DNA of 64,000 nucleotides from a virus: the IMG/VR virus record IMGVR_UViG_3300032325_000464, positions 13,958-77,957 of that record. One strand, given 5' to 3'. The notes under the pieces were generated by a model. That model made no database searches, was not told the origin of the DNA, and saw only the letters and a list, made by a program, of their open reading frames with translations. Every line of letters starts with the position of its first letter. The stretch's first letter is position 1. Below are positions 1-10,064 of this stretch, one piece after another. Position numbers and translations under genes: made by a program.

Positions 1-3000
1 GAGTATATAAGATTAGGATTTGTTATCTTTGGGTTAGCAGTCAGTAGTTTTGCTACAGTCGTGTTATTTTTACCAGCAATTCCAGAAAGAGTGTCTCCAG
101 GCTTAACAGTATATACTACTGGTTTTACAGTGGTAGTAGTAGTTACTGGCTTTACTGGAGTGACAGGAGCAACAGGAGCCAATGGCTTTGGGGCAGACTG
201 CTCTGCTATTGCGGCGGTGGCTAAAGCTTGGGCGGCTGTGAGAGTTGCCAAATAGGTAGAGGCAGAGGCTGCAGCCAAATCAACACTGATCTTTAACTGA
301 TCCCACTTGTTTTTTTCATCATCTAGCGCATCTAGCTTTATGTCTCTTGCAACTGTTGCTAGTCGTATTGACTCTTTGGCTGGCTCAAGCCTAGATTCTT
401 CTATTAAGAAAATTTCTTTTTCAATTTTTAGAATGTCATCTTCAATTTGTTTTCTGGTTTTCTTAACTCCGTTTACCGTAGCACTTAGGCCACCAAGCTC
501 TGTTTCTCTAGATTTCTCAATTAAATCTCTCTGTGTTTGAGAAGACTCTTTAGCCTCTAAGCTTCTAAACTCTTGTGCTGCCTTTGCTGCTGCAGCTATG
601 TCACCACGAGAAAGGGCTTCTGCAAGTCCAAGCTGAGCTTTTTGCGAGTTAGCTATTCTTTCATTTGCCTTTTCAACTTTATCTAGAGCTTCTAGTCTTT
701 CATCATAAGTTTTATTTATGGCATCTTCTTGCCAAGTAATTTGCTGCAGACCTGCCTGAAGGTCATCTAGTCCGCCAGGCTGATTTACCTTCTTGTCAAT
801 GTCTGCCTGTGCAGAAGACACTGCATCATTAAAAGGATCTGTTGCAATATCAAACTCGACCTGTATAGTTGCTTCCTTAGCATTAATCAGATCCATCTGT
901 GCATTATAGGTGTCATCAAACTTCTCTTGCATTGTCCTTGCTGACTCTACTGCTGCCTTTTCTTGCTTGTACAGACTAATAGCTTCTTTTATTGCCTTGT
1001 TTTTATCTTTTATTGCAGTGTTTGATTTTATTGCAGCAATAGCTTCGGCTAGGCCTGAGTCTCTAGCTGCCTCGGCTGCCTCTTTGTAAGACATGGTTGT
1101 AAGGCTTAGAATTGTTTTCCTAGCACTAAGCTCTTTATTTATAGCACCAATAGACTCTCTAATGCCTCTTTCAAAGTTTCCCAAAGTTACTGCAGCAAAT
1201 AGGTTTTGTAAGGCCTTTCCAGAATCTTTTAGTTTTACAACGCCCTTGTCGATGGTCATAAAACGTTTTTGATCTGCTTTGTCGGCATCGGCCATAAATC
1301 TTATAAACTCTTCACTGTATCCTTTTAGGCTAAGCTGTTGCTCAATACCACTAAAGCCAGTAAAGTTTTTACCACTTTGCAGTAGAGACATTAGTTCTTT
1401 TATTCCGCCATTAACATCTACAGAAGCTCTTCTAACATTCTGAAGTTTCTTTAATAGTTCGTCTAAGACATCTGTCTTTTTACTTCCGCCATCTTCTTCA
1501 TCTGGATCTGGATTTTCATTTGTTTTAGTGTTTGGATTCTCTTGCCCGTCTGCAAAAAATTGTGCCCTAGCTGCTGGCATCAATGAGGTCTGTACTGAAA
1601 TGGTGGCGTTTGCCAAAGCAGGGTTTTTTGATATATAGTATGCCCAGATTGCTGCGTCACTAGCTTTTCCAATTACATAGTCGACCATTACCTGGTAGTT
1701 AACCTTGTTGTCTCCACCTGTGAGAACATCCCAGTTTGAAAGCATTTCTTGTAGATTTGCTTTTTGTACAGGGTCCATTCCTGGATTATTTGCTATATAG
1801 TTTGTTACAATTTCTCTTGTAACTGGCTTACCCTTAAGTCCCCCAGTTGCCTGCAAGAAGGCACTAACATCTTGAAGCTTCTTTGCTCCGTTAACATTTA
1901 GGTCTATCTCAATACCATATTCTGCCTGCATGTTTGCAATTTGAGCGAGAGCCTCTTGGTCTTCTTTAAAAGTCTGTGGATTTTTATTTATGTAGTCTAG
2001 AATTACTCCATAGTTTTTAGAAGATACTCCAGCTTTTCCTATTAGCTGAAGAAGCTGGTTAGCTTCTGCAGTTCCTTGGGCAGATGTAATTAGGTTAAAG
2101 TTTGTTTCAATTGTTTTATCTTCCGCTGCAGCATTTGCTAAGTTTAGTGCAGCCATTGGACTAAATTCTCCAGATGCTAGACCAAACTGTACTGTTGCCT
2201 TAAAGGTATTAAATTTACCGTCAGTCCCAGTAGTAGGAATTGCTGCAAGGGCTTCCTTTGCCATGGTTGCCGAAAGCTTTAGAGATCCTGTTGCATCTTT
2301 AAATCTTTCATCAATTGCTAACCCAACAGAATCGTTAAAGGCGGGCCCCATGGCCTCTGCTTGCTTAATTAGCTCACTAAAGACTTCTTCATTTGCTTTT
2401 TTCTGGCTAGCAATTGCAGAACTTCTATCTCTAATTTTTTGAGTAATTTTATCTTCTATTTCTAATTTTTCTTTATCGGTTTTTGCATTTTCTTTTTTAA
2501 GCTCAAGCTCTTTTATTTCTGTATTATATCTGTCATTTAGGGAGTCCAATAATCCCTGATTTTGTGCAATCTGCTCAACACCCAAAGAAACTGCTAGGCC
2601 ACGCGCCTTGTTATTTTCTTGCTTGTCTCCCTCATTTGCAAGCTCTCCACCAATAAGCATTCCTCCACCTGCAAGGCCAGTAAGGGCTCCTGCTGCAGCA
2701 ATAAATGGTGCAGCAACTGCTCCTATTCCAGTAACAGCAGCGGCGCCCGAGGCCACAAATAGACCTGCAGAAAGGCTAGTTAGTGCACCGCCGACATCAG
2801 CCACCCAGTCATTTGCAGCATTTTCGTTTATTGCTTGAACTGCATTTTCGTATGCAGCAAGCTGTTCCGTTGAAGAATCTTTTTGAATCTTTAGTGCTAT
2901 CTGTAGTGGATCAGTTAGTAGGTTTTCTCCGTTTCTGCCATAAAGAGCTGTAAGGTTTCCAACTATATTTGCAGAAATAGAATAGTCTTGAAGCTTTTCT

Positions 3001-6000
3001 CCTAGAGCTGCGGCAATTGACGCTGCTTGCTCTTGAGTAACAGCACCTTGCAAAACAGCATAAGAAAGCTGATTAGAAAAGTTTTCAGCAATTTCTTTGT
3101 TGCTTTGACCGTTACTGGTCATAGACTCTGCGTCTGCAAGCATGGACTTTCCAGCATCTGATTCTAGGAAATTTTGTCCGTAGTACCTCTTTTTTGCAGA
3201 CTCACCAGTTAGCTGATTATCTCTTGTTTTTATTGCTTCTTGACTAGAGGTAACTACACCGTTCAAGGAAGCAAACTCATCAAGTTTTTTATTAGTCATG
3301 GACATTGACTTGCCCAGCTTTATACCAGACTTAGTGGCCTCATCTGCTTGAATCTTAAAGTAAACCATAGCTCCGACAAATGATGCAAGGCCAGCCACAA
3401 TTAAGCCAATTGGGTTTGCGATCATTGGCAAAATCATTGATAGCATCATTAGTGGCATAGCTACCTGGCCAGCAATGTCGGCTCCTGGGCCACCAGACAT
3501 TCCATACATCATTGCGCCCATTCCAGCAACGCCACCAACTGCTCCAAGTTTTCCAGCCACTGCTCCTGAAGTTTTTTGCTTTGGCTCGGCCCCTGCGGCA
3601 GCAGCGTTATTTTTGTATCTAGCCTCTGCCTCTTCTTTAGAAATTTTTCCTTCGCCCTTGGCGCCTACAAAGTATTGTCTACCGTTCTTGTCGGTTTTTG
3701 TTTCTACACCGTTATCAAACTCTCTACCATTTTTACTAACAACTGTTGCGGTTCCACCATTGAGCAATGAAAGAGCTTTTCCAACTGTTGCAGAATTTCC
3801 AATAGCATTTCCAATAGAGGTGCCTAGAATCTTAGACCTTCCAAGAACCTGTCCAAGACCTTTTCCAATAATTTCTGCAGCACGGTCACTGAAGCCACCT
3901 CCACTAGAGTTTCCAGCTGCTCCAGCCCTACCCTTAAAGTATCCTGGGACGTTTCCAGAAATCATAGAACTAATTAATGGACTATACTTCTTTGTCATCT
4001 CAGCAGGGATTACCGCCTCTCCTGGAGACAGCATCGCTGGAATTACATCGCCAGCACCCTTTGGACCAGGAACGCTAACTACCCCGTCCTCAAATCCAAA
4101 TATCTTGGCCATAATTCCAGAACGCTGGCCACGCACTGGAATCTTTAATCCCTGTGCTTTTAGGGCTGCCCTGATAAGCGGAATAGCTTCTGGGTTTTTT
4201 GTAATAATTTTTGAAATTTCTCTTAGGTCAAATCCACCTGGAGTGTAAGTCTCTATATAAGGGATTCCTGGATTTGATGTATATGGCTGATTTCCCCACT
4301 TGTCTGGTGGACCAGACTTGTAGCTTGTTCCAAATTGGTGAGAAAGTGTTGACTTTAGATTACCAGAATCTCTACCAAAGTCTTTTGCACCGTAAAGATT
4401 TTGTAATTGTGGTGCGTATTTACCACTAAATCCTTGTGGAAACTTAAGGTACTGATTTAATATGTCATTACCATAAAATTTTGATCTTCGGCCAATAGAG
4501 CGTTTACCAATTAGAGATGTATCTCCGTACAGATCTAGATTACTATTTAGGGGATTAGTAACATCAAGGAACTGTTTACCAGTTAGTCTTCCAAACAACT
4601 TGGCAAGAATTTTAGCAGCTGGACTAACGGTTGCTGCGGCACCATATGTTGGCCTATCTAAAGAGTTGGCTCCATACGGAATTCCAAATACATCGCTCTC
4701 AAGCTTGCTTCTTTGCTGCTTCCCATACTTATTTTCTGATCCCCTACCAGCTGAAGATCTATTCTTTGTAAAATCTGCACCATATCCAGTATCAAAGGCA
4801 GTCTTGTACTTGGTGTCACCCTTGCCCAGCATTTCAGTAAGCATGTCGCTAGGCATTCTAGTAGAAACTCTAGATTTTTTGAGCAATTCAGATAGCAGTT
4901 TTGATTGAGTTGTTGACTTTGCTATACCACCAAAACGTGCTCGTACGCCAAATAGTTTTGCTATTAACCCAGCTTTTCCAGGTGTCACACTCTTCGATGT
5001 AGATCCAAGAATTTCAGACATGTTAAACGTTTGAGCACCCTTGGTAGCTTTTGCTGCTTGCTTAACAACTTCTTTTTTAAGCTCTGGAGTTTTTAGAGTT
5101 TTATTATTAGCATCTTTAATAATTTTTGAAACATCTTCTTTACTTCCATCACTAGCAGATAGTGACAACATAAGCTTTTTGGCTTCATCTTCTGGCAAGG
5201 TTTTAAACAGATTTTTAATTGCGTCTCTGTCAGCCTGAGATGCTTTAGTTTTCATAGAATTCTTTGTAGCCCAGGTATCGGCTATCTTTGCAAAGCTCAT
5301 TAACCTTTTTCTAGTCTCTGGAGATCTTAGCTGTTTCTGAGTATCTTGATATTTAATGTATGGGTTGGGAAGATTTGTTCTTCCTGACTTTTCAGACCCT
5401 GGAACTACTGGGCTAGTCTTGGCTCTGCCAAAAACATTTGCCTTTCTAATACTTTCCTTTTCGTCAAACTTTACAATCTTTTTCTCTGCCTCGTCTTGAG
5501 CCTTTACAAAAATGTCTTGCAACTGTCTTTCAGAAAGGGCTTTTGACTTAGAGTTTGAAATCATTGATCTAAAGGTTTTGTCCAAGTCCTCTAGGTATTT
5601 TGTAGTTGTTGAATCACTGACCTTTCCAACCATACCATTTTTAACAAGGTAATCCATGTTTGGAATTAGGCTGCCTCCAGAAAGTGCCTTTGTTTTTGAA
5701 AGCTCGTTAAGAATACTAGTGACATCTTTTACAGCTCTTTTATCTGTAAAAAATTGATTAAATGTTTTGGTCAGCATTCCAGCTGTTTGGCTATTTAGTC
5801 TAACTTCTTTAGATATTCTTGAAATTATTGACCTATCTACCATAGATTCTTTTATAATTCCTTGTTTAATCAAATCATCAATTTCAGCATTCATGATCTG
5901 CTTGGCCTTATTAGAACTTAAGACATCTGTTCCAGGAGACATGTGAGAAGCTTCTAACAAGAATTTTGCAGGAAATGATATAGATGGGTCTGCAACACTA

Positions 6001-8195
6001 TACTTAAGCTTTGCAGGCTTGCCGCTCTCATAACCAGGGACATTGCCGCTAATCATAGAGTTGATTAGTGGACCATATTTTTGAGCCATCTTTGTTGGAA
6101 TAACTGCTTCCCCTGGTGAAAGCATGGCTGGGACAACATCGCCAGCGCCCTTTGGACCAGGCACAGAAACAACTCCAGTTTTATACTTCTTAACATTTGG
6201 AGTCTTTGGTAAAGTTTTTCCTCCAGCCCCAAGTGGAACACCTAAAAGCTTTGATTGGGCGATAATGGCCCTACCATAAGCAGAAGCTAGATTATTTACA
6301 GCACCAGTTTCTGAAGTAAAAGTTTGAATAAGTTTTGCATGTTTTTGATCTAGTGAGGATGCGACTGCGGCTGCTTCAAGCTGTTGCTGAGTCAAATATT
6401 CTGTCTGAGAGCCAAGAGTGTTGGACTGTCCACCCAACCCAGAAAATACATTTCGAAGCCCTGCAAAAAGTTTTATAATGTTTGCTGCACCGTTAGCTAT
6501 TAGACCAAATGTCATTAGCAATATTGGACCAATTCCAGCAACAACAGTTGTTATAAGCACCGTAAACTGCTTAGCCCCATCGCTCATTTCATTAAACTTG
6601 TCTAAGAAGCCCTTTACAAATTCAACAATAGGAGTTACAGCCTTTAGGAATGCCTCTCCCAGTGGAACCAAAGAAACCCTTATGTCTTCAACAGCCTTTT
6701 TAAACTTATACATTGGTGAATCTTCAATGCGCTTTAGCTCTCGCTCAGATAGTATTGCAAGCTCTTCTGCTGTAGATGAAGATAGCTTTAAGACTCGCTC
6801 TGCCTGCGTACCCTCTTTTACAACGTTCTGAAATAGTGTTGATAGTCTTGAGAACTGAAACTTTCCAAATAGTTGCTCAATAGCTCTAGACCTATTTAGT
6901 GGGTCTAGTGTATTCAGGGCGTTAGCTAGCTCAATAACTGTGGCAGTTACATCTCCTGCATTAGAGTCTACAATTTGTTTAATATTTACACCCAGGCTAG
7001 CCAAAAACTTGCTAGTTTTTTCTGCTGGATTAATCATGGATGCAAGGCCAGACTTAAGTGCGTTTGCACCCTCAGAGGCGTTTATTCCACCTTCTCGCAT
7101 GGCAGTAAGGAAGAAGGTTAGGTCTTCGACGTCTCCTCCAAGCTGCTGAATAACTGGACCAGCTTTTGGAACTGCAATTGTCAGGTCTTCAATGGAGGTT
7201 ACAGTTTGGTTTTCAACTGCGTTAAGGAAGTTTATTTTACCAGTCAGGTCTTCTGCTGCAAGACCGAAGGCGTTGGTCAGAGATATTGTTGTTTGTAGAG
7301 CTTGGTCTTGTTCTACGCCACCAAGAACTGCAAGCCTTGTTGCCTGGCCTACCTGGGCCAACAGGTCTGCACCCATCTGTCCCATAGCTGCAGCGTCGGC
7401 TGCCATCTTCATTGTTTTTTCTACAGCAACGCCATATTTTGTAAACTCGTTTGCTAACTCTTTAATCTGAACGACCATCTTGTCTGTCTCAGAAGATGCT
7501 GTAAATGAGTCTCCATATACACGCTTAAATCTAATTGCCTGCTCTTCCATTTCCATGAAAGTTTTTGCCGCAATAGTTCCTATGTATGCAAGAGGAATAG
7601 AGAATCCAACCATAAGCTGGCGACCAGCCCACTGAGTATTTTTACCAAAATTTAGTAGGTTGGTAGATCCCTGTTTTACTAGTTGATTGAAGATCTGCTG
7701 TTTTTGAGCGGCCATCTCAGTTTTTGTAGCCAGGTTATTCATATCCAAAGCCAAAGGCCGCACTGCTATGGCTTGAAGAGATCCATTTGCATTACGGCCT
7801 AGCTTTGTGAACTGAGTTTGAATAGTCTTTACTCTTTCACGAGCAACCTTTTCAATTGTGTCAAATTCATTTCTAAAAAGTTTACCAAAAGTTTTACTGG
7901 CTCCGCCAGCATAGCGGAAATACTCACCTAGGCCAAGCTTATTTTTTTCTAGCCTATTTGTAAAATTTTCTGTAGTATTAGTTATATTTTTTACATTTGC
8001 AGCAAACTGACCAGTAGCATTTATATTATTTAATAGATTTCGCTGAACGTTTTCTGCAGCACGTGCTTGAGCTGCTCCACTTTTCAGTAGCTGCGCATTA
8101 AGGGAAGCAACCTGCCTTTGCAGATTCTTAATCTCTGCGATACCAATTTTGGTATCAACATTTATAATTATGTTTGACTGTATGTTTTCAGCCAT
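1..8195 (-). CDS. Tape measure protein, >2,730 aa, 3' end beyond window; internal repeat-flanked insert and C-terminal LysM
   Basis: ATG at 8195 (MAENIQSNIIINVDT...). It is absent from the ORF track, consistent with no in-frame stop before the window edge. Manual translation gives the tape-measure core (NFGKNTQWAGRQLMVGFSIPL...FKRVYGD). It follows the major tail and chaperone genes. The frame at position 113 still reads YTVKPGDTLSGIA. Confidence 0.92.
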   Translation of the reverse strand, partial: MAENIQSNIIINVDTKIGIAEIKNLQRQVASLNAQLLKSGAAQARAAENVQRNLLNNINATGQFAANVKNITNTTENFTNRLEKNKLGLGEYFRYAGGASKTFGKLFRNEFDTIEKVARERVKTIQTQFTKLGRNANGSLQAIAVRPLALDMNNLATKTEMAAQKQQIFNQLVKQGSTNLLNFGKNTQWAGRQLMVGFSIPLAYIGTIAAKTFMEMEEQAIRFKRVYGDSFTASSETDKMVVQIKELANEFTKYGVAVEKTMKMAADAAAMGQMGADLLAQVGQATRLAVLGGVEQDQALQTTISLTNAFGLAAEDLTGKINFLNAVENQTVTSIEDLTIAVPKAGPVIQQLGGDVEDLTFFLTAMREGGINASEGANALKSGLASMINPAEKTSKFLASLGVNIKQIVDSNAGDVTATVIELANALNTLDPLNRSRAIEQLFGKFQFSRLSTLFQNVVKEGTQAERVLKLSSSTAEELAILSERELKRIEDSPMYKFKKAVEDIRVSLVPLGEAFLKAVTPIVEFVKGFLDKFNEMSDGAKQFTVLITTVVAGIGPILLMTFGLIANGAANIIKLFAGLRNVFSGLGGQSNTLGSQTEYLTQQQLEAAAVASSLDQKHAKLIQTFTSETGAVNNLASAYGRAIIAQSKLLGVPLGAGGKTLPKTPNVKKYKTGVVSVPGPKGAGDVVPAMLSPGEAVIPTKMAQKYGPLINSMISGNVPGYESGKPAKLKYSVADPSISFPAKFLLEASHMSPGTDVLSSNKAKQIMNAEIDDLIKQGIIKESMVDRSIISRISKEVRLNSQTAGMLTKTFNQFFTDKRAVKDVTSILNELSKTKALSGGSLIPNMDYLVKNGMVGKVSDSTTTKYLEDLDKTFRSMISNSKSKALSERQLQDIFVKAQDEAEKKIVKFDEKESIRKANVFGRAKTSPVVPGSEKSGRTNLPNPYIKYQDTQKQLRSPETRKRLMSFAKIADTWATKNSMKTKASQADRDAIKNLFKTLPEDEAKKLMLSLSASDGSKEDVSKIIKDANNKTLKTPELKKEVVKQAAKATKGAQTFNMSEILGSTSKSVTPGKAGLIAKLFGVRARFGGIAKSTTQSKLLSELLKKSRVSTRMPSDMLTEMLGKGDTKYKTAFDTGYGADFTKNRSSAGRGSENKYGKQQRSKLESDVFGIPYGANSLDRPTYGAAATVSPAAKILAKLFGRLTGKQFLDVTNPLNSNLDLYGDTSLIGKRSIGRRSKFYGNDILNQYLKFPQGFSGKYAPQLQNLYGAKDFGRDSGNLKSTLSHQFGTSYKSGPPDKWGNQPYTSNPGIPYIETYTPGGFDLREISKIITKNPEAIPLIRAALKAQGLKIPVRGQRSGIMAKIFGFEDGVVSVPGPKGAGDVIPAMLSPGEAVIPAEMTKKYSPLISSMISGNVPGYFKGRAGAAGNSSGGGFSDRAAEIIGKGLGQVLGRSKILGTSIGNAIGNSATVGKALSLLNGGTATVVSKNGREFDNGVETKTDKNGRQYFVGAKGEGKISKEEAEARYKNNAAAAGAEPKQKTSGAVAGKLGAVGGVAGMGAMMYGMSGGPGADIAGQVAMPLMMLSMILPMIANPIGLIVAGLASFVGAMVYFKIQADEATKSGIKLGKSMSMTNKKLDEFASLNGVVTSSQEAIKTRDNQLTGESAKKRYYGQNFLESDAGKSMLADAESMTSNGQSNKEIAENFSNQLSYAVLQGAVTQEQAASIAAALGEKLQDYSISANIVGNLTALYGRNGENLLTDPLQIALKIQKDSSTEQLAAYENAVQAINENAANDWVADVGGALTSLSAGLFVASGAAAVTGIGAVAAPFIAAAGALTGLAGGGMLIGGELANEGDKQENNKARGLAVSLGVEQIAQNQGLLDSLNDRYNTEIKELELKKENAKTDKEKLEIEDKITQKIRDRSSAIASQKKANEEVFSELIKQAEAMGPAFNDSVGLAIDERFKDATGSLKLSATMAKEALAAIPTTGTDGKFNTFKATVQFGLASGEFSPMAALNLANAAAEDKTIETNFNLITSAQGTAEANQLLQLIGKAGVSSKNYGVILDYINKNPQTFKEDQEALAQIANMQAEYGIEIDLNVNGAKKLQDVSAFLQATGGLKGKPVTREIVTNYIANNPGMDPVQKANLQEMLSNWDVLTGGDNKVNYQVMVDYVIGKASDAAIWAYYISKNPALANATISVQTSLMPAARAQFFADGQENPNTKTNENPDPDEEDGGSKKTDVLDELLKKLQNVRRASVDVNGGIKELMSLLQSGKNFTGFSGIEQQLSLKGYSEEFIRFMADADKADQKRFMTIDKGVVKLKDSGKALQNLFAAVTLGNFERGIRESIGAINKELSARKTILSLTTMSYKEAAEAARDSGLAEAIAAIKSNTAIKDKNKAIKEAISLYKQEKAAVESARTMQEKFDDTYNAQMDLINAKEATIQVEFDIATDPFNDAVSSAQADIDKKVNQPGGLDDLQAGLQQITWQEDAINKTYDERLEALDKVEKANERIANSQKAQLGLAEALSRGDIAAAAKAAQEFRSLEAKESSQTQRDLIEKSRETELGGLSATVNGVKKTRKQIEDDILKIEKEIFLIEESRLEPAKESIRLATVARDIKLDALDDEKNKWDQLKISVDLAAASASTYLATLTAAQALATAAIAEQSAPKPLAPVAPVTPVKPVTTTTTVKPVVYTVKPGDTLSGIAGKNNTTVAKLLTANPKITNPNLIY

Positions 8196-8217
8196 ACATC
8201 CGCACTTCCCTTTTTAA

Positions 8218-8529
8218 CTATTTAATAGATGTTGGAAGAAATGCTGTGTTTCCAGATGCCTCTTCAACAATCTTATATACTGTTGGCAAGTCAAGAATTT
8301 CTTCTAGCTTTGCCCTATCTTTTGCAAGATCGGGGTTAAATTGCTCCATAGCAATCATCACGCAATCCAGTAGTAAGTCCATGGACTTGTCGTTGTCTTC
8401 TGCCACATCTTGAATCGCAACAAACTTTTTCATAAATGTTCTTAGTAGCGAAATCTTTAGTGGTCTAACTGTTAAATCTGTTCCATCAAGTAGTTTAATT
8501 ACTTTTTCTTCACTTATTGTAGTTGCCAT
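8218..8529 (-). CDS. Tail assembly chaperone (short, G-like)
   Basis: 103 aa directly upstream of the tape measure gene; paralogous to the N-terminal half of 8566-9273. Confidence 0.7.
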   Translation of the reverse strand: MATTISEEKVIKLLDGTDLTVRPLKISLLRTFMKKFVAIQDVAEDNDKSMDLLLDCVMIAMEQFNPDLAKDRAKLEEILDLPTVYKIVEEASGNTAFLPTSIK

Positions 8530-8565
8530 TATTATTTTCCTCTCGATAATGCTTGTTTAATTATA

Positions 8566-9273
8566 TCACAGGGGCTTTTGTTTTTTCTCAATTTTTTCAT
8601 AGCCAAGCCCCATGCCAATTCCGAATCCAGCCTTGGCAGCATTAACACCTTGAAGAGCTGTAATGTCATTGGGGTTACTCGTTCCTCCGCCAGAAAATAC
8701 CCTGGCCTTCATCTTTTCCCAAGCATCGGAATTGTTTTTGCCAGAATGCTTGTCAAGATCTATCCCCTGAATAGATGCCTGAAACTTTTTATCTGAGTAT
8801 TCTAGCTCTCTTTTTGCAGTTAGTGTTGCAGTTAACTCTGACATAGAAAGCGACATCTCTAGGTCCTCGTAGTCTTTCCAAATGCCAAGCAAAAATACCT
8901 CTGACTCTAACTTTGCTAAGTCTAGGTCATCCCAAGAAGCCCCACTATCTTCTGCCTGTTTCTTTACAGTTTCTTCAGTTTTTTCTTGATTTATTTTAAT
9001 ACCAGCTGCAATGTTAATTATTTTATATATGGTCTGAAGATCAAAACTGTCGCCTACATCATCTATTGTTTTTATTTCTGGATAATACTGTTGCATAGCT
9101 ATTCTTGTGCAATAAAGCAATCTTTCTATAGCGCCGTCATCATCTTTAGCTAATTTAACAGTTTCAAATTCTTCTAAGAACATCCTTAGATATTTTATCT
9201 TTAGAGGGGTTATGTATATCTCTACCCCGTCTATAGTCTTTATGACTTCAGAATCATATATTTTAGTGGCCAT
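8566..9273 (-). CDS. Tail assembly chaperone (long, GT-like)
   Basis: 235 aa between major tail and tape measure; N-half similar to 8218-8529, C-half contains DLAKLESEVFLLGIWKDYEDLE. Confidence 0.65.
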   Translation of the reverse strand: MATKIYDSEVIKTIDGVEIYITPLKIKYLRMFLEEFETVKLAKDDDGAIERLLYCTRIAMQQYYPEIKTIDDVGDSFDLQTIYKIINIAAGIKINQEKTEETVKKQAEDSGASWDDLDLAKLESEVFLLGIWKDYEDLEMSLSMSELTATLTAKRELEYSDKKFQASIQGIDLDKHSGKNNSDAWEKMKARVFSGGGTSNPNDITALQGVNAAKAGFGIGMGLGYEKIEKKQKPL

Positions 9274-9291
9274 CTTATAAGTATACCAAAT

Positions 9292-9323
9292 ACAAAACCG
9301 CCCAGCTATTAAACTGGACGGTT
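9292..9323 (-). terminator. Intrinsic terminator after major tail gene
   Basis: Minus strand AACCGTCCAG-loop-CTGGGCGGTT followed by TTGT. Confidence 0.6.
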
Positions 9324-9348
9324 CTGCTATTAAGTTATTATTTAGTTA

Positions 9349-9993
9349 TTACGATACTAATGATAGGGTACGATCTACGATCTTACCGTATGATGCATCG
9401 TCGTTTGGTAGTAGACGGAATGAGACCTCAAACATTGTTGCCTCATCGCGCTTTGCTGATACTGTAACGCTCTCGATTGAAAGTGCACGGTATGCAACAT
9501 AGATACGCTCTAGTGAGCTTCCTACTGCACAGTCACCTGTACCTGGACCAACTGCAACTAGACCACGCTCAACTGGACATTCTCCAATGTCACCAGCTGA
9601 AAGATTTAGGGCTGGGTTACCAGCACCGAAAGATCCATTTGGAACGTTTGCTAGATCTGAGTCCTTGCCTGCAAGAGAGAACAGCAAGTTCTCTAGTGTA
9701 GATTCAGCAAATGTAGTATTCAGGTTAACCTGCATACCTTGCTTGTATAGCTTGGCTACGTCTAGAACCTGATCGACCTGTACCTCACCAAAATCAGGCT
9801 GGAACTGAATCTCCAGACCGTTCATGGTGTATCCGACGTTGCGGAAGTCTGCATCTGCTGACAAGGTTGTCTTGTAAGATACATCTTCAACTAGCGTTGG
9901 TAGGTCTGCATCTGTTAGCGTACCTGCCTCATATGTCCATAGTGCTGCTGCTCCAACAATAATGTTAGAACTTGAACCACGTGTATATGCCAT
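9349..9993 (-). CDS. Major tail (tube) protein
   Basis: NIIVGAAALW...VGYTMNGLEIQFQPDFGEVQVDQ...TTFAESTLENL tail-tube pattern; gene position; GAGGTG Shine-Dalgarno. Confidence 0.8.
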   Translation of the reverse strand: MAYTRGSSSNIIVGAAALWTYEAGTLTDADLPTLVEDVSYKTTLSADADFRNVGYTMNGLEIQFQPDFGEVQVDQVLDVAKLYKQGMQVNLNTTFAESTLENLLFSLAGKDSDLANVPNGSFGAGNPALNLSAGDIGECPVERGLVAVGPGTGDCAVGSSLERIYVAYRALSIESVTVSAKRDEATMFEVSFRLLPNDDASYGKIVDRTLSLVS

Positions 9994-10064
9994 AATTATT
10001 TCACCTCTTTTTCTTTAGAATAATAGGCGTGTTTCCTCAATTATAAGTATACCAGCCTTTATTG

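Noticed and set aside
61-8413. Many + strand ORFs (e.g. 3475-4248, 6418-6831) and similar antisense ORFs throughout the structural region
   Set aside because: They are shadows of the long minus-strand genes, with no SD/promoter context or recognisable motifs.
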